Shown piece after piece: positions 13,749-22,669 of a stretch of 64,000 nt of DNA. How positions within the stretch are numbered: position 1 is the stretch's first letter; each line of letters opens with the position of its first letter. Under the pieces are notes generated by a model. The model was not told the origin of the DNA. It saw nothing but the letters and a program-made list of their open reading frames with translations, and did not search any database. The translations under genes were made by a program, and so were the position numbers. The stretch is from Eledone cirrhosa (Eukaryota), in contig OZ024747.1 in NCBI GenBank assembly GCA_964016885.1, forward strand, positions 31,186,001-31,250,000. The letters are read 5' to 3'.

Positions 13749-13750
<2 letters not shown>
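12933..13750 (+). mobile_element. (TA)n-flanked hammerhead element (family D) with inverted copy
   Basis: 12936-13130 is an inverted copy of 13275-13475; 13100-13250 is inverted relative to 13590-13745; homologous to 45165-45690. Confidence 0.75.
13441..13483 (+). ncRNA. Minimal type I hammerhead ribozyme motif (family D)
   Basis: ACGTTG-CTGACGA-TAGCT AATA AGCTT-GAAA-CTAG-TA-CAGCGT; intact core, palindromic CTAG stem III. Confidence 0.85.
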
Positions 13751-13786
<36 letters not shown>

Positions 13787-13801
13787 ATATATATATAGAT
13801 G

Positions 13802-13852
13802 AGATTCTACAGGACTAGAACTGTTTCATTCTTTAGAAATCACCAGGAATCT
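13802..13852 (-). ncRNA. Hammerhead motif, family A copy (core CTGGTGA mutated)
   Basis: Nearly identical to 1911-1961 with one core substitution; degenerate third copy near 7757-7812 (+). Confidence 0.6.
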
Positions 13853-14610
13853 GGGTATCAAAAAATAAATATGGTATTTATAGGCCTCTTCAGGTGGTAG
13901 GTGAGGGTGGGGATTGGGATGGGTAGAGGTCATTGGTTGATAGAAAAGGGAATTCATTAAAAGCTAATTCTTTAAAGCTATAATTTATATTTAGAATAAC
14001 AAAGGCAGAAAGAATTCTATAAACATGTTCAGAATGGGGTGCCACTCCTTATTTTTAAGTTTCTCTTAAGCTAACAATGCCTATATTTCAGGTGTCTATA
14101 AGATCATTGGGGGTCCGTCATGGTTTATGGATTTAAAGAAAAGGGAAATTTTTAAAAGCTAATTCTTTAAAGTTCTATTTAGAGTGACAAAGGCCTAGAG
14201 AATTCTATAGACCGGTTCAAAATATTGAGTGCCTATCATACCATTATCTTCAAGTTTCTCTTAAATTATATTCCAGGTGTCAACATACACATTCACCCCC
14301 CCCCCCCCCCCACACACACACATACATATTTATACTCTGCTATGTATTGAGTACCTTACTTACTGTGGTTACCTCCGATTCAACCCGGAACAACGTATAT
14401 ATATATATATTTCTTTAGGTTTGTTGGTTCACCACTGGATAAAATTGGTCATTCCGTATGGTCAATCCTGGTGTAATATTGTGAAGAGTACTCAATGCAG
14501 TGCAGTTCACCCATCTTCATTTGTGTAGTTGGTGGTGCGAATACGGAGTTAATTATAAATGAAATAACAGGAGGCTGAATATAACAAAGGAATATGTATG
14601 TTATATTCCA

Positions 14611-14668
14611 ATACCTGATGATATCACAAGATTCATATGGAACCCAGTCATTGAAATGATCATAGTAT
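14611..14668 (+). ncRNA. Minimal type I hammerhead ribozyme motif (family E)
   Basis: ATAC-CTGATGA-...-GAAA-TGATCA-TA-GTAT; palindromic TGATCA stem III; lies within a (TA)n-flanked element at 14411-14720. Confidence 0.72.
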
Positions 14669-14787
14669 ATAAACCTTTCAAGGATTTACACCAGTCCAGC
14701 CTCCTGTTATTTCATTTATATATATATATATATATAAATATATATACAAATATATATATGTTGTTGTATCTATCTATTTGAACATAG

Positions 14788-16295
14788 CTAAAGACTGGTG
14801 CAGCACTATTCTCATAAATTGCTACAAAGGTAAAGGGGATGCTCTGGAGAGGAGCAATTATAGGGGTATAAAACTGATGGATCAGGTTATGAAAGTGGCA
14901 GAAAGGATATTAGCACAACTAATTAGAGAAAGGGTCAAACTAGATGAGATACAGTTTGGTTTTGTGCCTGGGAAGAGCACAACAGATGCCCTCTTCTTTG
15001 TGAGACAATTGCAAGAGAGGTTCTAAGAGAAAAATAAGCCACTATACTTAACCTTTGTTGGCCTAGAGATGGCCTTTGATAGGGTACCCCGATCTGTCAT
15101 CTGGTGGTCCCTAAGGAAACTAGGTGTGGAGGAATGGCTTGTGAGGACAGTGCAAACTTTGTACAGAGGTACTGTCAGTAAAGTCAGGGTAGGAATGGAG
15201 TTTAGTGAGAAATTCCAGATACAAGTAGGAGTACATCAAGGTTCGGTCCTCAGCCCGCTCTTGTTCATTATAGTCCTCCAAGCCATAACAGAGGAGTTTA
15301 AGATTGGCTGTCCATGGGAACTTCTCTATGCTGACGATCTGGTTCTTATAGCAGAATCAGTAGAGGAGCTAAAGAATAAATTCTGGCTATGGAAACAGCA
15401 GTTGGAAGCAAGAGGACTGAGAGTGAACCTAGCTAAGACAAAAGTGTTGATGGTAGAAAAGAGGACAAAACTGTGATTCCATCAGGAAATGGCCATGTTC
15501 GATATGCAGAAAAGGAACTGGCATAAATTCTATAAAATGCACACAATGCAGATCCTGGGCACACAAGAGATGTCGCGGGATAGCAGGTAAACTAACAGGT
15601 AGGGAGAAATATGTATGCAGTAGATGTACAGGGAAATTAGACAGTAGAAGTCGCATTGATAGACACATTTTTCAAATGCAGGCGGGTGCTATAGAAAAGG
15701 TGGATAGCTTCCGGTACCTAGGAGATCAGATTAGCATGGAGGGGGGGGGGGGGTCTGAGGCCATAGTATCTAGAATAAGGATGGGTTGGAAGAAGTTTAG
15801 GGAGCTGCTTCCTCTGCTGATGAAGAAGGGTTACTCCCTGCGTACGAAAGGCCGGTTATATGATGCCTGTGTGAGGAGCGCGATGCTGCATGGTAGTGAG
15901 ACATGGGCAGCAACTGCAGAGGATATTCGATGGCTGGAGAGAAATGAGGCAAGCATGCTCTTTTGGATGTGCAGTGTCAATGTGCGTGAACGACCCAGCA
16001 TGAATGCGTTGAGAGAGAAACTGTGTCTGAGAGGGATAGAATGTAGTGTACGGGAGGAGACTGAGGTGGTATGGATATGTGATGCACATGGAGGATGACC
16101 GATGGGTGAAGAAGTGCCAGGAAATGCCAGTTGAAGGAAGACGTGGTAGAGGTAGACCACAAAAAACATGGGCAGAGTGGTGAGAACAGACCTCAGATCG
16201 CTGAAACCCACGGTGGAGATGACGAAGGACCGTGACAAGTGGAGAGATGGTGTGCTGAATAAGACCCATCCCACCCTTGCAAGCAGGGAAGATGA
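14788..16295 (+). mobile_element. 5'-truncated RTE-clade LINE (RT domain, decayed)
   Basis: YKGKGDALERSNYRGIKL, QFGFVPGKSTTDA, GVHQGSVLSPLLF, LLYADDLVL; stops and frameshifts. Confidence 0.93.
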
Positions 16296-16330
16296 TATAT
16301 ATACATACAAATATATATGTATATATAGAT

Positions 16331-16522
16331 ATAGGAAAATGTTTATTCCCGACGGCAAAGCTCAAACTGTTTCGACGGGTATTTCTGTTCAGAAATAGCC
16401 GTCGGAACGGCTTGAGCTCTGCCGTCGGGGCCAAACATTTTCCTGTTATCCATTCTACTACCCTAAGTATTGAGTACTCTGGTGCGTTATGGTCCATCTG
16501 GTTCCTTACCACTCAGCCTTCG

Positions 16523-16524
<2 letters not shown>
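16331..16524 (+). mobile_element. Fold-back hammerhead-half element (family F)
   Basis: Imperfect palindrome 16331-16445 containing G(G)AA-CGGC TTGAGCTCT GCCG-TC; homologous to 27983-28170. Confidence 0.65.
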
Positions 16525-16567
<43 letters not shown>

Positions 16568-16570
<3 letters not shown>

Positions 16571-16708
16571 TCATCACCGTTTTACGTCCGTTCTTCCACG
16601 CTAGCATGGGTTAGACGGGTTGTCCTGTTGTGGGCAGTGTCTGGTCGGCTGACCATGCCTTGCTCATACAGGAACTGATCTGGCTTGATTTCTACAGCTG
16701 GATGCCCT
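16568..16708 (-). mobile_element. RTE-type 3' tail fragment
   Basis: Matches 42250-42390. Confidence 0.8.
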
Positions 16709-16760
<52 letters not shown>

Positions 16761-16770
16761 TGTATGTATG

Positions 16771-16906
16771 TTTTCTCCTCTTAATTTCGAGTATATTTTT
16801 TTGACCGGCCACCTTCCTGGTGGCAAGGTTGTAAAAGAAAAGAAATTGTCATCCCTTGAATCGGAAGAATGTTTTGCAAATTTTGAAGGTGCCAGCTATC
16901 GCAGCC

Positions 16907-16908
<2 letters not shown>
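16771..16908 (-). mobile_element. R4/Dong-like element, short 3' fragment (copy 1)
   Basis: Matches the 3' end of 18348-20933; flanked by (TATG)n. Confidence 0.9.
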
Positions 16909-16937
<29 letters not shown>

Positions 16938-16975
16938 TGTATGTATGTATGTATGTATGTATGTATGTATGTATG

Positions 16976-17122
16976 TTTTCTCTTTCTCTTTCTCTTAATT
17001 TCGAGTATATTTTTTTTTGACCGGCCACCTTCCTGGTGGCAAGGTTGTAAAAGAAAAGAAATTGTCATCCCTTGAATCGGAAGAATGTTTTGCAAATTTT
17101 GAAGGTGCCAGCTATCGCAGCC

Positions 17123-17124
<2 letters not shown>
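16976..17124 (-). mobile_element. R4/Dong-like element, short 3' fragment (copy 2)
   Basis: Same truncation point and same variants as copy 1. Confidence 0.9.
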
Positions 17125-17153
<29 letters not shown>

Positions 17154-17899
17154 TGTATGTATGTATGTATGTATGTATGTATGTATGTATGTATGTATGT
17201 ATGTATGTATGTATGTATGTATGTATGTATGTATGTATGTATGTATGTATGTATGTATGTATGTATGTATGTATGTATGTATGTATGTATGTATGTATGT
17301 ATGTATGTATGTATGTATGTATGTATGTATGTATGTATGTATGTATGTATGTATGTATGTATGTATGTATGTATGTATGTATGTATGTATGTATGTATGT
17401 ATGTATGTATGTATGTATGTATGTATGTATGTATGTATGTATGTATGTATGTATGTATGTATGTATGTATGTATGTATGTATGTATGTATGTATGTATGT
17501 ATGTATGTATGTATGTATGTATGTATGTATGTATGTATGTATGTATGTATGTATGTATGTATGTATGTATGTATGTATGTATGTATGTATGTATGTATGT
17601 ATGTATGTATGTATGTATGTATGTATGTATGTATGTATGTATGTATGTATGTATGTATGTATGTATGTATGTATGTATGTATGTATGTATGTATGTATGT
17701 ATGTATGTATGTATGTATGTATGTATGTATGTATGTATGTATGTATGTATGTATGTATGTATGTATGTATGTATGTATGTATGTATGTATGTATGTATGT
17801 ATGTATGTATGTATGTATGTATGTATGTATGTATGTATGTATGTATGTATGTATGTATGTATGTATGTATGTATGTATGTATGTATGTATGTATGTATG
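17125..17899. repeat. Pure (TATG)n microsatellite, about 775 bp
   Basis: Uninterrupted tetranucleotide run. Confidence 0.99.
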
Positions 17900-18303
17900 T
17901 TTTCTCTTTCTCTTTCTCTTAATTTCGAGTATATTTTTTTTTGACCGGCCACCTTCCTGGTGGCAAGGTTGTAAAAGAAAAGAAATTGTCATCCCTTGAA
18001 TCGCAAGAATGTTTTGCATATTTTGAAGGTGCCAGCTATCGCAGCCATTTGTAGACTATGAATTAGGGAGCTGCGCTTTTTGTCCGCAAATCCAAGTTCG
18101 GTCATACTTTGGTCCAAGCGGGTTGGTATATAGCCCGTAGCACCAATAATGATGGATATGAAGCTAAAGGTGTATCTTGGATACTGGATTTGTAAGCTCC
18201 TCATCAATGGTCCGTAGATGTCCTCCTTCTCCTGTATTTTTCTGACAACGTTTACATCAAGTGGGCAGCTGATCTCCACAACAGAACACGTTTTCAATGT
18301 GTG
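17900..18303 (-). mobile_element. R4/Dong-like element, 400-bp 3' fragment (copy 3)
   Basis: Nearly identical to 18348-18743; flanked by (TATG)n. Confidence 0.92.
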
Positions 18304-18347
18304 TATGTATGTATGTATGTATGTATGTATGTATGTATGTATGTATG

Positions 18348-20933
18348 TTTTCTCTTTCTCTTAATTTTGAGTATATTTCTTTGACCGGCCACCTTCCTGG
18401 TGGCAAGGTTGTAAAAGAAAAGAAATTGTCATCCCTTGAATCGCAAGAATGTTTTGCATATTTTGAAGGTGCCAGCTATCGCAGCCATTTGTAGACTATG
18501 AATTAGGGAGCTGCGCTTTTTGTCCGCAAATCCAAGTTCGGTCATACTTTGGTCCAAGCGGGTTGGTATATAACCCGTAGCACCAATAATGATGGGTATG
18601 AAGCTAAAGGTGTATCTTGGATACTGGATTTGTAAGCTCCTCATCAATGGTCCGTAGATGTCCTCCTTCTCCTGTATTTTTCTGACAACGTTTACATCAA
18701 GTGGGCAGCTGATCTCCACAACAGAACACGTTTTCAATGTGTGGTCCCAAACTACAATATCAGGCCGGTTGTGCTTTAATTTGGTGGCAGTTTTTATTTT
18801 CAGGTTCCACCAGTATTCCTTAGTGCCATCTGTCTCAATATATTCTTCCTCGTTTGTTGTTAATTTTGTTTTCCGAAGTGCGTTCCAGATAGTTCTAGCT
18901 ATCCCATCGTGTCTCATGGGGAGGTAGTAGCGAGATGACATTCTTTCGCAGCTGGCAACAATGTGGCTTACATCCTCGATCTTTGTTTTACATAGCCTAC
19001 ATTTATTGTCAGCTGCTGGCTCTCCTCTTTTGTGCAGCAGATATTTGGTAGGGAGTTCTTGTTCCTGTATTGCATAGAGATATCCCTCAAGGTGTGATGT
19101 CATAAACTTGTCGGAACTCCATGCCAGGCTTTTTGAGTGGTTTATCCCCTCTATGGTCTGTGTTTTACGCCTCAAGTATCCATGCACAACTTTCTCTGTA
19201 AATTGGTCAATTTTTTTCTCTTGTTTGAACATTGAATAGGATCTTCCGATTTCTCTGGGTGAGAGATTTATATCAGGCTTTATTCCATATCTCTCCTCCA
19301 GATCAGTCACTATTCTAATGATATTTCTTTTTTCATGCTCATAAACCTGAGCAAGATGGTCGCCAACCTTTTTCCTCTGTTGAAGGTGTTGCTTCAGTGT
19401 TACTATCCGGGTCTCATATGTTGTTAATATTGATTTTAGACCCCGGCCACCTTCCTTGCGTGAGAAGTATAGCCTATCCACATCACCATTGATGTTAAAG
19501 TTCCCAGTAACACTGAGAAGTTTTCGAGTTCTAACATCCATCTCACTTAGTTCTTGCAATGACCAGTTCAGTAGGCCAAATGTTGGCGTTAGAATTGGCA
19601 CAGCATAGGTATTGTGGGCAATGTATTTGTTGTATGCTGACAGTTCTGATGACCATATTTTTTTTACTCTTCTGAGGTATTCAGTTCTGGTTCTCTCCTT
19701 ATTTATGGGTCCATCATATCTGACATTCTCATCCTGTCCAAGATATCTGTAGTTGTCACCTGACTGCAGAGGTTGTATTGTCAGGCCGTTCATATCTAGA
19801 TTTCTAGAGGAGGGCACAGCTCTTCCACGTTTTACTGCCAAATATGCACACTTGGACTCACCAAATTTCATTTTGATGTCGGTTGAAAATTGTGTAATGA
19901 GGTCCAATTGTTTCTTGATGTCATTGATATTTGGCCCATACAACTTCAGGTCATCAACAAAGAAAAGATGGGAGATACTTCTGGGCCCACTTCTTTGTCC
20001 ACCTTGTTTCCTGAGTAGGTAAGATAGTGGATTCAGTGAGAGAACGAAGAGTAGTACTGACAAGCTATCACCCTGAAAGATGCCCTTCTGGTAATGTATC
20101 CTATCAGTCTTAACCTGCTCCTTCTCACCTCTAAGGATCAAATTGGTGTACCAGTTCTTGGTCAGGCATTCAACAGCAGCTACTAATGGTTGTGGGACTT
20201 TAGCTAACTGTAAAGCCTTAATAATCCACCCATGAGGTACACTATCAAATGCTTTTTGATAGTCCAGCCACACGACAGTCATGTTTCTGCGATTCTTTGT
20301 TGTTTTTTCCTGAATCATTTTGTTAGTTAGTAGGTGATCTATGCAACCCCACACCTCCGTCTTTCCACCAGCTTGCTCAGGTGTTATGATGTTGTTGGTA
20401 GCACAGTGATCCTGTAAGAACAGGTTAAGGCACCCAGTATATAATTTATACATGATGTTTTGGCAGGCAATTGGGCGGTAATTTTTAGCAAGGGTGGTTT
20501 GGCTATTTTGGGGAATGAGGAGAGTAGTGGCAGTTGATAACCATCTGGGCAGTTCTTGTGTGCCCTTAATGGTTTCTGTAAACAGCCGTATGAGATCTTG
20601 CCGATAGAAAGTGAAATTCTTCAACCAGTATCCTGTAATGAGGTCTGGGCCTGGCGATTTCCTATTCGACATTTTCTGTAGAGCTGTTTCCAGTATTGAC
20701 CCATCTATGTCATATTGTTTTGTCTGGACATGTTGGCAGTAGTCCTGTTCCAGTTGTTTTAGCCAATTAGCTTGTCTGTTGAATCCGTCATCCGTTTCCC
20801 ATACAGATCTCCAGTAGTTCTCAACCTGTTCTTTTGAAGGGGTGTCGTTTACAGGGATTGAGCTTTTGCCACCGAAGCTGCGATAAACTGATTTAGGATC
20901 TCTGGCAAACAATCTATTTAGCACTTGTCGTTT
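18348..20933 (-). mobile_element. R4/Dong-like RLE non-LTR retrotransposon, 5'-truncated (copy 4)
   Basis: Contains an uninterrupted RT + CCHC + RLE ORF; both ends abut (CATA)n. Confidence 0.9.
18429..20933 (-). CDS. Reverse transcriptase, zinc knuckle and restriction-like endonuclease (R4 clade), no native start
   Basis: KSPGPD, NYRPIAC, WLDYQKAFDSVPH, GIFQGDSLS, HLFFVDDLKLY, CRLC...HIVASC, RHD, RPDIVVWD...VVEISCP. The first ~16 aa of the tracked ORF are microsatellite. Confidence 0.92.
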   Translation of the reverse strand, partial: KRQVLNRLFARDPKSVYRSFGGKSSIPVNDTPSKEQVENYWRSVWETDDGFNRQANWLKQLEQDYCQHVQTKQYDIDGSILETALQKMSNRKSPGPDLITGYWLKNFTFYRQDLIRLFTETIKGTQELPRWLSTATTLLIPQNSQTTLAKNYRPIACQNIMYKLYTGCLNLFLQDHCATNNIITPEQAGGKTEVWGCIDHLLTNKMIQEKTTKNRRNMTVVWLDYQKAFDSVPHGWIIKALQLAKVPQPLVAAVECLTKNWYTNLILRGEKEQVKTDRIHYQKGIFQGDSLSVLLFVLSLNPLSYLLRKQGGQRSGPRSISHLFFVDDLKLYGPNINDIKKQLDLITQFSTDIKMKFGESKCAYLAVKRGRAVPSSRNLDMNGLTIQPLQSGDNYRYLGQDENVRYDGPINKERTRTEYLRRVKKIWSSELSAYNKYIAHNTYAVPILTPTFGLLNWSLQELSEMDVRTRKLLSVTGNFNINGDVDRLYFSRKEGGRGLKSILTTYETRIVTLKQHLQQRKKVGDHLAQVYEHEKRNIIRIVTDLEERYGIKPDINLSPREIGRSYSMFKQEKKIDQFTEKVVHGYLRRKTQTIEGINHSKSLAWSSDKFMTSHLEGYLYAIQEQELPTKYLLHKRGEPAADNKCRLCKTKIEDVSHIVASCERMSSRYYLPMRHDGIARTIWNALRKTKLTTNEEEYIETDGTKEYWWNLKIKTATKLKHNRPDIVVWDHTLKTCSVVEISCPLDVNVVRKIQEKEDIYGPLMRSLQIQYPRYTFSFIPIIIGATGYIPTRLDQSMTELGFADKKRSSLIHSLQMAAIAGTFKICKTFLRFKG

Positions 20934-20976
20934 ATGTATGTATGTATGTATGTATGTATATATATATATATATATA

Positions 20977-21310
20977 GGCACATGGCTTTGTGGTTAAAGC
21001 ATTGGCCTTTCAATCGAAAGGTTGTGAGTTCAATTCTCAGACCGGGTGATGTGTTGTTTCCTTGAGCAAGACACTTTATTTCACATTGCTCCAGTTTACT
21101 CAGCTGTAGAAATGAGATGATAGGGACTGGGGTCCCTATCATTCCACTGCAAAGTGGTCGTGGAGGTGCCACGGCAAAAAAGCTCCCAGCACTCACTGTA
21201 AATGAGGTTGGTGTTAGGAAGGGCATCCAGCTGTAGAAATCAAGCCAGAATTAGTTCCCGTCCTACCCTTGCAAGCAGGGAAAAGCGGACGTAAAATGAA
21301 GGAAGGAAGG
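20977..21310 (+). mobile_element. tRNA-derived SINE (family 2) with RTE-derived tail
   Basis: TGGCTTTGTGG A box, GAGTTCAATTC B box, CCTTGAGCAAGACACTT core, then GGTTGGTGTTAGGAAGGGCATCC and CCCTTGCAAGCAGGGAAAAGCGGACGTAAAATGA shared with RTE ends. Confidence 0.82.
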
Positions 21311-21533
21311 AATATAAATATATATATACAAATATATATATATATATATTTATTTAGGTTTGTTTGTACACCACTGGATAGAACTGGTCATTCCGTATAG
21401 TCAAGCTCGATGTAATCTTAGGGAGAGCACTCAACATAATGTAACTCACCCGTCTTCGTTTGTGTAGAGTACGGAGTTAATTATTATAAAATAACAAGAG
21501 GCTGGACAGGTGTAAATCCTTGAAAGGTTTATT

Positions 21534-21591
21534 ATACTATGATCATTTCAATGACCGGGTTCAGTATGAATCCGGTGATATCATCAGGTAT
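21534..21591 (-). ncRNA. Minimal hammerhead motif (family E)
   Basis: ATAC-CTGATGA-TATCACCGG ATTCATACTGAAC CCGGTCATT-GAAA-TGATCA-TA-GTAT. Confidence 0.78.
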
Positions 21592-21788
21592 TTGAAATAT
21601 AACAAAGGAATAATATAGACAAAATCCATGGGGCTGAAAATCAGAGACATGAGGGTGACCGGACATTTAGCAGCTTCTATGCCTGTTATGCCAACCAGGG
21701 TAGAATCTGCTAAATGTCCGGTCGCCCACATGTCTCTGATTTTCAGCCCCATGGATTTTGTCTATTATATTCCTTTGTTATATTTCGA

Positions 21789-21846
21789 ATACCTGATGAT
21801 GTCACCGGATTCATACTGAGCCCGGTCATTGAAAAGATCACAGTAT
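21789..21846 (+). ncRNA. Hammerhead motif (family E), cleavage site mutated
   Basis: ATAC-CTGATGA...GAAA-AGATCA-CA-GTAT. Confidence 0.55.
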
Positions 21847-21941
21847 AATAAACATTTTAAGGAATTACACCAGTCCAACCTGTTATTATTATGTATATAT
21901 ATATATATAAATATACAAATATATATTTGTATATATATATA

Positions 21942-22666
21942 TATGAATAAAGTTAGTCCTTCATCAGTAATCTTCCAACCTTCATTGGTATTTCATCGCT
22001 TTAAAGACCATATACCTTCGGTTGGTGCGAGCAACGGCTAAAGAAAGTCGTTGGGACACATAAATAAGGGGAATGAGCGAGACTGTAAACAATCAAAGAT
22101 GGTAATGCAACAAAAAGTGAGGAAGAAAGAGTCCCAGATTTCTATGAATATAAGTTCAGTGAAATCGTGAACGAGAGAGAATAAAGACCATCAAACCTAG
22201 TCGAAATGTGAGCAAGGAAGGAATTCCGCACAGGTCAAACGGAAGGAAGAAGGAGTCTAGTCCCTGAATTTGGTGAACATAAGTTCTGTGAAATCGTAGA
22301 CAAGAGAGAAAATAGGAACAACCAGCCTGGTCAAGCGTGCGCGAGAAAAGAATTACGCACAGGTCAAATGGGAGGAAGTAGGAGAGGTAATAGCAGAGAG
22401 TAAGTGAGTGAAGGGTGAAGAAGAGGCTAACAGAGAGAGTGACCGTTAGAGAAGGTAAAGGGAGGTGAAAGATACAGAGAAAAAGGAAGCAGTAAGAACG
22501 AAATAGACGGGTCACAGCGGAGGAAAATATATGTGTGAATATGAAAAGAAACGTGCTGCCTGGTTGCAAATAGGTTACATATGAATAAAGTTAGTCCTTC
22601 ATCAGTGATCTTCCAACCTTTTATTCATATGTAAACCATTTGCAACCACGCAGCACGTTTGTTTTT
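21942..22666 (-). mobile_element. Element with 40-bp terminal direct repeat and terminal inversion (PLE-like architecture)
   Basis: ATGAATAAAGTTAGTCCTTCATCAGT.ATCTTCCAACCTT at 21943 and 22581; 22620-22660 inverts 22548-22589; related fragment at 5856-5930. Confidence 0.55.
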
Positions 22667-22669
22667 ATA

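Larger units (their letters stand above)
21355..21890. mobile_element. Family E hammerhead element forming a ~400-bp palindrome
   Basis: Arms about 21490-21680 and 21700-21887; hammerheads at 21534-21591 (-) and 21789-21846 (+). The left part matches 14415-14577. Confidence 0.78.

Noticed and set aside
16781-18019. Long HTYI/MYVC ORFs
   Set aside because: They are translations of the (TATG)n microsatellite.
20977-21050. tRNA gene
   Set aside because: The A/B boxes continue into a SINE body and RTE tail, and no complete cloverleaf is evident.
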